Source: Amphiscolops sp. MND2022
Taxonomy: Eukaryota
Assembly (NCBI GenBank): GCA_964187785.1
Contig: OZ076409.1
Span: 96,288,001-96,352,000 of the forward strand
Length of the DNA: 64,000 bases
Direction: 5' to 3'
Part shown: piece by piece, positions 20,561 through 33,376 of the stretch
How positions within the stretch are numbered: position 1 is the stretch's first letter
How the letters are laid out: each line of letters starts with the position of its first letter
Made by a program: the position numbers and the translations under genes
The notes under the pieces: model-generated
What the model saw: only the letters and a program-made list of their open reading frames with translations
The model's database searches: none
What the model was told of the DNA's origin: nothing

Positions 20561-22915
20561 TTTGTACCGCAAACTATGTCAACAAAATGGTATTTGAACC
20601 TTGTGTCTTATTTCCCCCCGCCGCAGTTGGTTAGTACAAATACTCGAAGTTACCCATAAACACCCCGAGTCAAACCTTGCATTATCAAGTATACCATTGC
20701 ATGATTCATTCATGGTAATTTTTGACGATTCCGTAAAGAATCCATGGCAGAAAATTATGTGGCTCGGAACACGAAATAGTGTTCAACAGAGGGACCATAA
20801 ATTAACTAAATCTGAGTCAGAAGCATTTAAACATGTTTGAGAGCAAAATAAGAGTGTTTGGTTGAAAGTAGCCTTATTTCTTACCTTATTTCATCATAAA
20901 TTGTTTTTACAAATAACAGAACGGTGTACTTTAATCATCATTGGTGAATATTTCGTTCTTACAGAATTGTAATAATTTCAACAACAGCAACAAGCACTTT
21001 CATTTCCTTTGAACGCATTTCGTCGTTGAAATCTATTTTCTATTTGGTCGGAGAATCTGACTCAATTTTGAGAAAAATCAAGCTGTCCGAAAAAAAAATC
21101 CAGGAAGGCCAAAAAATTTGTTCGCCATGGAAGCCAAATCGCGAAAACTGCAAATTGAGTACTGAAATAACGCTTGAATTCCACGTCAATAATTTAGAAT
21201 TACTCATCAACATGACATCCACCAACAACGTGCCAATCAGCAAGCCCTTACAGGGTATCGGTATATAACCCCCAGGCCTCCGTAGGACGTCCCCGACATG
21301 AGCAGAGCTAGTAGAATTGAATACACCTCCACATCATCTTTGGAATCTTTGCGGAGTTCAAAACTTGTGATGTTGTTCTGGTGGAGTTGCACTTACTTTT
21401 TTTACTGACCTAACAACGAGGTCTTGCTTCTTGGCTATTGCTGAGCTCTCATCTTCGAATATTCAACCTAGATTTAGCCCTTAGGCAAGAAAACTAGCAC
21501 TAAAGAGCACCTCAGAACAGCTCAAAGCATTTATTTTGTGTACCAAATCAAGAGTATCATTTTTGAAACGTGTTTTCTGCATAAATGTTGCATTGGGTCT
21601 ACCACTCTACAGCAGCAGTTAAAAGCTGTTATTGGGGAAACATTTCGAAGCAAAGCAACTTTAAAAGGAAAACAACTTTTTTGAGATACTAGTGTTTACA
21701 AGTTGGCTCAGTTTGGGCTGTACACACTGATGCGCAGCTCCACACCTGTAGATAGCGCAATAGCATTGATCAAGAAACGCATGAAAGTCAAACAACGAAC
21801 TGCTCGTGAGAATTAGGACGACCAATGTAGGAAAGACAGAGAAAGATTAGTTTCTTCAAATAAGGTATCTGGAGTCCTCAGCAATCCAAAATTCTGTTAC
21901 AAAGAAGCATGTAGGAAAATATAGTAAATCCTCTTCAAGGATAACTAAGCGCAATTTTTAAGCGAAGAATTGAAAACAAGACAATGAATAGAAACGAAAA
22001 ACGTTGTGCACAAGACGACTTTTTTGGGCAATAATTGCATTCCGTGGACAATCATATTTATCGAAAAGGTATGAAGGTGAATAGCGTGAAAAATTTGTTC
22101 TGGTGTGAGGCTCGAACCCATGTACTCCTGCTTCTCAGGACACATCAACAGGCCTGGAAACTCACTAGGCCTAAAGGCGGAAACAAGTTACCAAGTTATT
22201 TAGGACTTGTTATTTTTATAGAAAAGTGTTAGTTCGCTTGTTTTGAAAAAGCCATCACTAGTATTTGCGTTTACTTATGGATTCTTTGGTCTTTCGTACC
22301 TTTGCAACAGCTCCGTGTGGGTTAAAACACGCATACTCCTGTTTCCTATCTCCAGCCACGTCAGACACTCGCTGCAGCAATACGGCCAAGTGAAAAGTGT
22401 TTTCCATGTTAGCAGTTTGCGGCAAAAGCGGTTTTGGAAAAAAAGCTTGGAAAAACCTTTCCATAGCTAAAAATCCAATGAGGGGAACTGACCACAGCTC
22501 ACAAAATACCATGAACTAACCAAGAGCTCAAAATGAATCTAAGGGGAGGGCGAATTTTTCGGTAAATTGAAAACGTCGCATATTGTGCGACAGAAAGTGA
22601 TCTTTGGTTTGGTCCTCTTTGCAAACACAAACAAGACGGGAATTTCACAGTTCGGCGTCGCACTTGAGGCTCAATCAGCGCCAAGTTTTTGAAATGTGCG
22701 CAACCCTAGTCGAACCGACCGGAAAGTTTTTCATGTTGCATTCATACGAGCATCCTAAATTTTTGATAAACATAGAAAATACTGAAAACACGCATAGAGA
22801 ATGTTTTTTAGAATTACAATGCAGCCACCACATTTCAATTAAAACTGAAAACATTTCCACTTCCTCACCACCGCGGTCACTTTGGTTTCACGCGTAAGTT
22901 TCTCAAAATAAGTAC

Positions 22916-23095
22916 GGTAACACTGCAGAATAAATTCGTAGTAGAGCCGATTTGTATGTTCAATTGTAATTGGTTGCTCCGTTTGACAGACAGCTTATAA
23001 TGATTAAACTATTACGTAACTTTGAAACTGGTGAGAGCAAATGAAATTCAACTACGCTAGTCGAGATTGCTTGAACTTTTGCTGCATGGAAACAG
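22916..23095. repeat. Dispersed repeat, inverted copy at ~52757-52936
   Basis: CGGTAACAC..GAATAAATTCGTAGTAGAGCCGA...GCTGCATGGAAACAG matches the reverse complement; adjacent related sequence also near 23150-23460, 33400-33670 and 52300-52600. Confidence 0.75.
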
Positions 23096-24619
23096 TTCGC
23101 TTGGAGTTTCCTCAAAGTAAGTAGTTATTTAATCACCGTTAGTCGAAAAGCACGCTGATATGCCGCTACTTTGATACTTATGATGTGAACGAAGTTTATT
23201 TGCATTGAAATTGCGGTAAAATTAATGAGGTCACAGCTGCTTTCAAAAGTAGAATTGCTTCTTAATGAAACTTTCAAAACTTCTTGTCTCGGAATTGCCG
23301 GCAAATGTAGGATGCATGGTTTAGGCAGCTTGATAAAAATCAATTGAATTAGTGAAATTTTAATACATGGAAGTCGCCTTGAGAATTTTATAAAATCATG
23401 AAAAATCAGTTTGGTAACTTACAAAAACTTGTAAAAAGTTCAAGCAATCTCAACCAGGGAAGGCCTTTTTAAGGAAATCTCAAAAGTAGAAGTACCAAAA
23501 ATACCTAAAAGGAACATTCCGTGTTGGGAAAGCGCCTCTCTCTAACTGAGATCATTGAAAAGCAATATTTTTGGAAAAAGTCGAACATTGTTTAGAAACC
23601 TAAAAATCTAGGGCCTAACAACCGTGATGCATTTCACTGCGATGATAAAATTCGGGAGCAATGCTAGCAGAACTAATTGGAGCAAAACAGTGAATTACTC
23701 GACGTAAAACTGTTATTTTACTTGCTCAATACTCTTCGTAAAAATACTTTTCTATCGAAAAGTATAAAAAATTGAATTGCACGAAATCTTCAAAGATTTT
23801 GGTCGATCAGAAAAGGAAAAAGATTTTTGTTGGGAACCAGAAACTGTTTATCTTTAAAATATTGTAAGCCTGAGTAACAACCATTTTCTACAAAATATTT
23901 GAGATTCTTGGACTCGGTCGACTTTGTCAACACTGGAAGTTTTTAAAAAACGCCAAACTTGAACAGATTTTCTAATTAAGTTTTCACTTTTTTTCAAATT
24001 TGCCTGTGCTCTCTACGATAGAAAAACTATGACCATGATTACAAAAATATGATCTTATTATTTTATGTTCTCAATTTCTCTCACCGGGTCACCTGTTTTG
24101 ACCACTGATAATGAGTCATCTTTCAATTCCAGAATCCCATCTGTCTCTTTTTCCTTTTCCCTCACACTTTGAAAGAAAAAATCAACATAAAGGATTATAT
24201 TTATATTGTTGCACCTAAACCGGTCTTCTTTTTCTCCAAGGTAAAGAGTCATTTCAGTATTACAATGGAAACTATTTCGAGTTTTAAATAAAAAATAACG
24301 ATCCTGAAGAAATTTGACAGCTTCATTTTTTCGTTCACGCTAACATGCAATTTTGCGCCGAAATCCATTTTTGCGAATCAGAAAAAAACCGGAAGTGAAC
24401 TGAACAAAGTTTTAAAAAGACTTTTCAGTATTGAAAAAAGAGATTAATTTTTTGAAATTACGTGAAATGTTTCATTGGAAACTCAATTGAGAGCAAATTA
24501 AAGGCTAAAACAATATTATCTAGAAAAGAGTGGAGGGAGGAAGAAGTTCCTCCAATCTTTGGAGACTTTGCTTCAACGTGGCCTGGAAATTTTATTCCCC
24601 AAACATCAGCTAAAGCTAT

Positions 24620-26798
24620 TGTCGTAAGCACGCGCGTTTGTGGATGTAGTTGGACCGTCTTTCTGACAGTCCATAAATGGCTTACTTCTCGAGTTATCTC
24701 TGGAATCTGAGTTTCGCAGAACTTCGGAATATCCTTCCGGTCTCTCGGCCGGAACGTTCCATCTTTCTCTGGTCAAATGTCCCGATCCGGCCACAATGGC
24801 ATTTTGAATCTGGGGTAAAACCTGATTGCTAATTGCATCATTTATGGCTCTCTGTATCTGAACACTGACACTATTCATCATCTCGTCCATCTCTCTAGAT
24901 ATTCGGGAATTCAATTCACTCGACAGTCTATTTATCTCAGCACTAGAATTACCTCCAGCAGAGTTTTGGCCGTAATCGGCATTTGGACTAAGTCCGTCAT
25001 TTCTTGAATTTAAGTACCTGTTTTCATCATTATTTTCAAATTGATCACCAAAAGTACTTTCAGGTCTTCTGGTGTGATTACTACTGAGGCTTTCATCTCT
25101 CTCATTTCTACTGAAATGGTTTTCTCCGAGCATCATATCTACATTTTCAATGTCCGAATTTATCTCAACTCCTCTAGATTTTCTGGTTTTCTTCTGCTTT
25201 CTTGTTGTAGGCATTAGAAAGAAAGTCCGAGGTAAAACAGTGAATTAGGTTTTATTCGGAAAATAGGATTTTGTACGTTGTATCGTAAACAGGTATATCA
25301 AACTAAACTTGGAGAAGCAAAATACAATTGTGTCCCTCTCGGAAAAATACCAATATATATACCCCTGAGAGGGTGACACTCACATTCCTTGCATGACAAT
25401 CTATTTACAAATTCCATAAAGGGCACATGACCATGGCGGGTGACCACTAACATTCATTCATTTTTAGCGGCGTCAACTGCATCAAAGCACTTAGGAATTT
25501 GTCCCGTTAGGGCCAAAGGGAATTCATACCTAATTCATTCGCAGCAAAATCATTTAAAGTTTACATAAAATATGGAATGCACTCAAATGCATTTTCTAAC
25601 TGCAAATACTATCATCAAAGGGGAGCGGAGGAATTTAGCCTTATTATATTAGGCAAACAACACTTTGACCAAACATCAAAACTAATACTTTCAAATTGTT
25701 TACAGTGCGAGGAATGTAAACTATTTAGCGGCACGTGCCTACACACGTGCGTAGAATCAACAAAACAAAGACACAGTTTCATGCAATAGAAATGAACATA
25801 ATATAGCAATATGGCCTAATACGGCCATTGGACTTGGGAGCTGGCCAATAGTGAAGGCCGGAATAGGACAGGTGACGGGTATTCGGATTGCTACTACTGG
25901 CCATTATTGCACTAATTGGATTTAAAAAGCTCATTAACATCTTCAAGTATATAAATATAATCTTACATGACTGTAAAACAAACTCATTCATGCTTAAAAG
26001 CATCTCTAATAATAATAAGCAAAATGGCCTAAACCGGCCATTTGCCTTTTGTCCTGCATTACCAATCTAATATAACGTCAAGTGGCCATATACGGCCAAT
26101 CAATTAAAAATGTGTACAGCGCTTTACACAATCTGGCCTGAATAGGCTAATTGCCTCGTATTAAGTAAACATTATTAAAATACTGGTCAAACGGCCTTAA
26201 CCGTCTGAAAGAGCTAAGTCTGTGGTGTAGTTAGTTAATACTGCACTAGAGGGGTTATTCAGCCTAAGAGTACAAGCACATGAATCCTGGTTAATAATTA
26301 GCATCACAATTGCGCTTTTTGTGAAATGGCCGGAACCGGCCGTCTGACTGGATATTTATTAAAAGTAGCGAAGTTATGTCCACAGGCCTTATTCGGCCAT
26401 TAATGAATGGAAGTATTAACTGCGTAGCAAATGGAGTAATTTGATTGGACAAGGCCGCGTGCTCAAATGACGTATCTGGTACGGGATTTTATCAATAGCA
26501 ACTATAATTAAAACAATTACCAATACTTCTTCTAACACTTTTAATCATGGCATCTGACGTATTAAGACAGCTTCAAGTACTTTCCAAGAAAATACACAGC
26601 ACTACTGATTAAATAGCACAGATTACTTGATAAAAGCTAAATAGGCCGGAACCGGCCATTGGACCAGCGTTCACGAGCATAGTAGTTAGATTAAGGCAAG
26701 CGGCCATAACCGGCCAAATAATGTATTGCTGTGAGATAATGCTAATACTAGCTATACTGCACTGTGATTGGTTAATTTGCAGGAGGCAGCCTGCGACA
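24620..26798 (-). repeat. E2 3' LTR
   Basis: Copy of 30508-32686 at offset 5888; no differences noticed by eye. Confidence 0.95.
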
Positions 26799-26937
26799 CT
26801 GCGGGTGGAATAAATAAAAACGACCCTGCATTCAGTCTTTTCAAATAAGCTTCCTTCATCATTGCTGTGACGTAGGCCGGCTCACCTCTTGGTGTTGATC
26901 TCCTTATCACTCCCGTCATCAGAATAGGTGTGAACAA
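26752..26937 (-). pseudogene. E2 remnant of the 3' sense accessory ORF
   Basis: STPRGEPAYVTAMMKEAYLKRLNAGSFLFIPPAVSQAASC matches E1 STPKSEPAYITALRKEAYINGLNAGSLLFIAPAVSQAAAC. Confidence 0.8.
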
Positions 26938-27725
26938 TGCTCAAGTTGTTAATATCAAATACACTCGTCTCAAGTGGGTAATTAACGAGTCGCTTGGAGG
27001 CAATTAACGGCACGCACCAAAGGTTTCTCTTAAAATGGTTTTAGCCAATCAAAATTGACTTTCGATAAAATGGAAATTGGATAGTAAAATGGTGAAAATA
27101 ATAACTAAAATAATCCAGAATGCGGAAATTCTAACTAAATGGTAATAAGGGCAACGGAACAAAACGGCAAAACGGAACAAGGTAAATGGCCATAATCGGC
27201 TTCTAACTAACTAATTTGTAAATAATGAGCAATCTCCTGTACATTTCGCTGGCAGACTCCATGCACAGTTTTAAATTCGTAAATAGCCATAAAATATTAC
27301 CCCGGTAATCTCTTCAGCCACGAACTCCAACTTTTCAATTTTGAGTATCATTATTCTAATTCCTTTATTATTTGGATTTTTGTTCATTTGAATTCATCTT
27401 TACGACGTCCATCTCTCTCCGACTTCAACTTTGTTGCTGACTACATCTTCCTCGGAGTATTCCGGAGCATCTTCCTCTTTTCAGCCGAGCTCGGCCACTT
27501 TCCTCAACTTCACCAGCCGAATGAGGACGGTTACCCAGAAGGAGTTTCCATCACTGCAGGATGTCTTCAAACACAAGTTGATCTGGATTTTTATTTTGAA
27601 CTAATTTAACTTGATCAGGGTTAAAATTTGTTCACAAAATGCTTCCTGCTTCCATCACTAAACACGTGATAACACGTTTCATTCAAATTTTTAGAACACT
27701 TTCGAAAGATTTCTGACGCGGCAAA

Positions 27726-27940
27726 ATGGATTTCTTTCAAGGAAGCTAACCGCCAAATTTCATCTCTTTCTGTTTATAGAATCAGAACAAAGAGACTACT
27801 CGAACACCAGATCCCAATTCACCCGTGGGTACAGGTTAAGCTGTTGTGTTTTCACCGCCCCTGTTTCCTCCTCTTAGAGTAGAGTACTGACAGTGTTGAT
27901 GTTACAGCTTACGCTGACGAAAAGGTCAGACTCCATGCAG
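27726..27940 (+). pseudogene. E2 remnant of the antisense gene 5' end
   Basis: MDFFQGS*PPNFISFCL and VDVTAYADE match the E1 ORF starting at 13761; has stops and is truncated. Confidence 0.75.
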
Positions 27941-28142
27941 AGGCTCAATTGCTAGAAGGGTCACAGGTCGCTGAATCATTCATGGCGACCAAGAGACAAA
28001 GGACGAAGAAGGAAGAAGGGTAGATGCAGTAGGAGGAGAAGTAGAAGGAGAGGTAGAGGCAGAGGGAGGAAGGACTTTAAAAATGAAAAGGAAAAGAAGA
28101 AAAGAGAGCAGTGTTCCTTCTTGGACGCTTATTAATCTTTTC

Positions 28143-29288
28143 CTAGTATCTGAAGTCTTCTGAGTAGTTTGGATTAGGATTAGGTCTCAAATTATATCTT
28201 CCACCTCTAGGACTCAGATTTTCATTCCCTTCATCATTTTGCGATATTTCGGGCACGATAATATCATCCCCCCGTTTTGGAGATTTTTGTGCATCCCTTT
28301 CATTAGCAGAATTTCGTTCTGAAACATTTGCATTGTTTTCTTGTCTTTCGGACAGATCCGGCAAAGATTTTTCTGGATTTTTGTGGTAAACGGCCGAATC
28401 CGGCCAATCAGAGTTTTCATTTCTAGTAGCTTCACTATCTTCATTTGCATTGCTGACGTCACTTTTCAGTCGTTTATCTCGACTGTGCTCTGTATCGTTG
28501 ACGTCATTCGGACAATCAGTCGTGATTATGTAATCCGCTTCATTCTCGCTTGCGTTATCTGCGTTCGCTTTTGCCGTACTCGGTCTTTCTTCATTCGGCA
28601 AGCTAGCCGGAATAGGCTCGTTGCCTCGTGTAGCTAGCTGTTCACCAAAGTTTGTTTCCCACGTAACTGTGTACAAATCGTCCTGCGGAATGACAATTTC
28701 TTCGTCCGGCAGTAATCGCTCTTCTCGGAAAATGTCCTCAAGCGGTTGATTGGGGACAAACTTTTTGAGGCGAACTCGATGCAAGATCTGAGTTTTAAGG
28801 TTACTGTTGGTTGACAGGGGTATACAGTCTGGTTCACCATTTTTGGTAATGAGTACATTCTGGAACTGTCTCTCGTCTAGTAGCGATTGTGGAATTGATT
28901 CTGCACAGTTTTCGATATTCTCGGTTCCCAAGGGGTTTGGAAACACCGGATGGTTTAGCGCTCTGGTTTTCTTGTTATGGGTAATTGGAGGGTTCTCGTG
29001 GACTGTCTTGTTGCAATGTTCAATATCGTCTAGAACATATTGAAATTGCAATAGATCCTGGTTGCAGATCTCAGTGTCCCAGTAGTGATCTCTTCCATAA
29101 TCTGGGTCGATGTATGTAGGGTTGTAGTCGTCTACTAAGGGAATGGGCATGAATCGGGTAGTAAAGGTAGTTGTGTAATCAGGATCCCAAACAGGAATTG
29201 ATTTCTGGAACAAATGGGTATTATTATAGGTAATAATGATAGCTTTTTCAATTTGCTGCTGCCAGACAACAGAAGGATAGCCCATCAA
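28143..29288 (-). pseudogene. E2 mini-pol: pol N-terminus fused in frame to the integrase C-terminal tail
   Basis: ...PLSTNSNLK|TQILHRVRLKK...; relative to E1, 4677-8609 (3933 nt) is missing. Confidence 0.88.
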
Positions 29289-29392
29289 TTGTTGTTGGTA
29301 ATTATGAAAGTTTTTGGTTTGAGGGTCCGATTTGATGTATTGACAGACAGAGACTAGTTGGTTGTATTGGAGTGGTGGCGAAGCTAGCTTTT

Positions 29393-31102
29393 TTACTCAT
29401 CTTTGCTTGATGAGGATTGGGAATTGGATGATGTTGGCTTGTGATGGGGTTTTGAGGATTTGGGGTCAGGATCGCTGTCCGACGAGTCCTCTGGCCTGGT
29501 GCGTTTGGGCTTGAGATGCGCACCAGCACCTTGCCAGCATCTCTCCTCAGGGTGGTTTGTCTTGCCACATGTCCCACATTTAGGATAAACCTTTATCTGT
29601 GTGGGCTTGCCTTGTTGGGCATCTTTCTCCTTCTTCTTTTTGCGCTTTTCACAGTCTTTGACCATGTGGCCCTTTTCTTTGCAATAGTTGCAGGTAATGT
29701 CACTCATTTGGACGTTTGATGGAACAGTTTTTGTTTTTGTGGCTGAAGACGTCATTGATGCCATTGGTAGGTCATCAGATTCTTCAAGCGCGTTTAGCTC
29801 CAATTCTCTCTCAAGATGAGCGACAATTTCGTCATAGGAGGCGTTCTCTAATCTGGCCATATTGACTGATCTTTTTTGCTTGGGCGGAAGTTTTGCGTAT
29901 AGGAGACTGTCAATCATCTTTTGCGCATGGTCTCCGAATGCTTTTTCTGCGCCTTGATTCAGCTCTTCAAAAAAATGTGGTAGTTTTGTCGTATTCGGAT
30001 CAAATACCAGACGGTGCCATTTATGTTTGGCAGTTGCTTGAGATTCGGGTTTGACGTATTTCCGTCTGAAGATGACTAATACGTCCTCGAGAGTTTGTCT
30101 GTTAGCTGTGCTAATGTTTCGGAATGTTTGCAGAGCGTTTTTGCTCAAAAGCGAATGAAAATGATTAATTTTCATCTGCTCGGACATCAACTTGATCATC
30201 GTGTGGAATAGATATACGAACAGCCCGAACTTCTTGCTTTTGCCGTCAAAAGTCATAGTGTTTGAGTTGACTGGGCGGATAGTGGGTTGTTGGGCTGTTG
30301 GACGGTTCTGCATACTGGTCAAGACATCAGCTAGCCTGTTGATAGGGTCTTGTTCCGGGGCCGGAACGGTCCTTTCTTGTGCTGGGATCGTCGTGTCGAG
30401 CAGGGGATTGAGGTCATCATGAGATCGGTTGAGATGACTTCTTGATGGCATTCGTCCCGTGAGAAACTCAGGAATATCAGTTGGAGATTCGTTTTCTCCT
30501 GTCACCATGTCGTAAGCACGCGCGTTTGTGGATGTAGTTGGACCGTCTTTCTGACAGTCCATAAATGGCTTACTTCTCGAGTTATCTCTGGAATCTGAGT
30601 TTCGCAGAACTTCGGAATATCCTTCCGGTCTCTCGGCCGGAACGTTCCATCTTTCTCTGGTCAAATGTCCCGATCCGGCCACAATGGCATTTTGAATCTG
30701 GGGTAAAACCTGATTGCTAATTGCATCATTTATGGCTCTCTGTATCTGAACACTGACACTATTCATCATCTCGTCCATCTCTCTAGATATTCGGGAATTC
30801 AATTCACTCGACAGTCTATTTATCTCAGCACTAGAATTACCTCCAGCAGAGTTTTGGCCGTAATCGGCATTTGGACTAAGTCCGTCATTTCTTGAATTTA
30901 AGTACCTGTTTTCATCATTATTTTCAAATTGATCACCAAAAGTACTTTCAGGTCTTCTGGTGTGATTACTACTGAGGCTTTCATCTCTCTCATTTCTACT
31001 GAAATGGTTTTCTCCGAGCATCATATCTACATTTTCAATGTCCGAATTTATCTCAACTCCTCTAGATTTTCTGGTTTTCTTCTGCTTTCTTGTTGTAGGC
31101 AT
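29393..31102 (-). CDS. gag: E2 Gag (569 aa)
   Basis: Clear homolog of E1 Gag with both CCHC knuckles; starts in the LTR. Confidence 0.88.
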   Translation of the reverse strand: MPTTRKQKKTRKSRGVEINSDIENVDMMLGENHFSRNERDESLSSNHTRRPESTFGDQFENNDENRYLNSRNDGLSPNADYGQNSAGGNSSAEINRLSSELNSRISREMDEMMNSVSVQIQRAINDAISNQVLPQIQNAIVAGSGHLTRERWNVPAERPEGYSEVLRNSDSRDNSRSKPFMDCQKDGPTTSTNARAYDMVTGENESPTDIPEFLTGRMPSRSHLNRSHDDLNPLLDTTIPAQERTVPAPEQDPINRLADVLTSMQNRPTAQQPTIRPVNSNTMTFDGKSKKFGLFVYLFHTMIKLMSEQMKINHFHSLLSKNALQTFRNISTANRQTLEDVLVIFRRKYVKPESQATAKHKWHRLVFDPNTTKLPHFFEELNQGAEKAFGDHAQKMIDSLLYAKLPPKQKRSVNMARLENASYDEIVAHLERELELNALEESDDLPMASMTSSATKTKTVPSNVQMSDITCNYCKEKGHMVKDCEKRKKKKEKDAQQGKPTQIKVYPKCGTCGKTNHPEERCWQGAGAHLKPKRTRPEDSSDSDPDPKSSKPHHKPTSSNSQSSSSKDE

Positions 31103-32686
31103 TAGAAAGAAAGTCCGAGGTAAAACAGTGAATTAGGTTTTATTCGGAAAATAGGATTTTGTACGTTGTATCGTAAACAGGTATATCAAACTAAACTTGG
31201 AGAAGCAAAATACAATTGTGTCCCTCTCGGAAAAATACCAATATATATACCCCTGAGAGGGTGACACTCACATTCCTTGCATGACAATCTATTTACAAAT
31301 TCCATAAAGGGCACATGACCATGGCGGGTGACCACTAACATTCATTCATTTTTAGCGGCGTCAACTGCATCAAAGCACTTAGGAATTTGTCCCGTTAGGG
31401 CCAAAGGGAATTCATACCTAATTCATTCGCAGCAAAATCATTTAAAGTTTACATAAAATATGGAATGCACTCAAATGCATTTTCTAACTGCAAATACTAT
31501 CATCAAAGGGGAGCGGAGGAATTTAGCCTTATTATATTAGGCAAACAACACTTTGACCAAACATCAAAACTAATACTTTCAAATTGTTTACAGTGCGAGG
31601 AATGTAAACTATTTAGCGGCACGTGCCTACACACGTGCGTAGAATCAACAAAACAAAGACACAGTTTCATGCAATAGAAATGAACATAATATAGCAATAT
31701 GGCCTAATACGGCCATTGGACTTGGGAGCTGGCCAATAGTGAAGGCCGGAATAGGACAGGTGACGGGTATTCGGATTGCTACTACTGGCCATTATTGCAC
31801 TAATTGGATTTAAAAAGCTCATTAACATCTTCAAGTATATAAATATAATCTTACATGACTGTAAAACAAACTCATTCATGCTTAAAAGCATCTCTAATAA
31901 TAATAAGCAAAATGGCCTAAACCGGCCATTTGCCTTTTGTCCTGCATTACCAATCTAATATAACGTCAAGTGGCCATATACGGCCAATCAATTAAAAATG
32001 TGTACAGCGCTTTACACAATCTGGCCTGAATAGGCTAATTGCCTCGTATTAAGTAAACATTATTAAAATACTGGTCAAACGGCCTTAACCGTCTGAAAGA
32101 GCTAAGTCTGTGGTGTAGTTAGTTAATACTGCACTAGAGGGGTTATTCAGCCTAAGAGTACAAGCACATGAATCCTGGTTAATAATTAGCATCACAATTG
32201 CGCTTTTTGTGAAATGGCCGGAACCGGCCGTCTGACTGGATATTTATTAAAAGTAGCGAAGTTATGTCCACAGGCCTTATTCGGCCATTAATGAATGGAA
32301 GTATTAACTGCGTAGCAAATGGAGTAATTTGATTGGACAAGGCCGCGTGCTCAAATGACGTATCTGGTACGGGATTTTATCAATAGCAACTATAATTAAA
32401 ACAATTACCAATACTTCTTCTAACACTTTTAATCATGGCATCTGACGTATTAAGACAGCTTCAAGTACTTTCCAAGAAAATACACAGCACTACTGATTAA
32501 ATAGCACAGATTACTTGATAAAAGCTAAATAGGCCGGAACCGGCCATTGGACCAGCGTTCACGAGCATAGTAGTTAGATTAAGGCAAGCGGCCATAACCG
32601 GCCAAATAATGTATTGCTGTGAGATAATGCTAATACTAGCTATACTGCACTGTGATTGGTTAATTTGCAGGAGGCAGCCTGCGACA
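30508..32686 (-). repeat. E2 5' LTR
   Basis: Minus strand reads TGTCGCAG...TTACGACA followed by the PBS. Confidence 0.95.
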
Positions 32687-33282
32687 GCTATAGACAGATA
32701 CAAGCTATAAACAGAAACCAAGATACTTTAGACATTCAAATCACAGAAGAAAAGCATGAACAACGCAAAGCATTTTGAAGCATATGAATCATTTCTAGTC
32801 AAACAACGAACAATATCGTGTTATCTGATAGAGACACCTGTTTGAAGCTAGAACCAAACGAAAAGCATGTTATCTTGAAGCTACAACTGGCCAGTGTTAA
32901 ATGCACAAAAGAACAAACGTAAAATTTATCGTAACTGCAGTTTATGCATCATTCATTCTACATTAGGTGTGTAATGGTGGTGAGTTTCAAAGAATCATTC
33001 AAGCTTCTTGCGAGTGGACGCACAAACTTGTTTCTGATTTTTATCCCACTTTCCTTTGGAATCACTTTCAATTTTTACTACACCGATAAAGAAGTGCCAA
33101 CTTCGTTGACTTTAAAACTTTGGCTTGACTGGTACGAACAAGCAGTTCGCAACATTTCTGGTTTGTTTCAATTCTACATTGCAAACTTTTTTCAAAAAGA
33201 TTTTGAACCATTTTAAAAACCCTGGAAGTTGTTTTTGTATCAATTGATGTAACATTTCAGCACCGTTAAATCAATCAATCAC

Positions 33283-33376
33283 TTATTATCCTGGTTAGAA
33301 CCGCTGGAACGTTTTAGAAGTTTTCATTGCAATGAAAACTTCTAAAACGTTCCGGCGGTTCTAACCAGGATAATAA
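33283..33376. repeat. 94-bp spacerless palindrome
   Basis: 47-bp arms centred on TTG|CAA with one mismatch. Confidence 0.9.

Larger units (their letters stand above)
24620..32686 (-). mobile_element. E2: 8.07 kb internally deleted, non-autonomous relative of E1
   Basis: LTRs 30508-32686 and 24620-26798 (2179 bp); TSD GCTAT at 24615-24619 and 32687-32691; same PBS; RT, RH and IN core absent. Confidence 0.95.
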
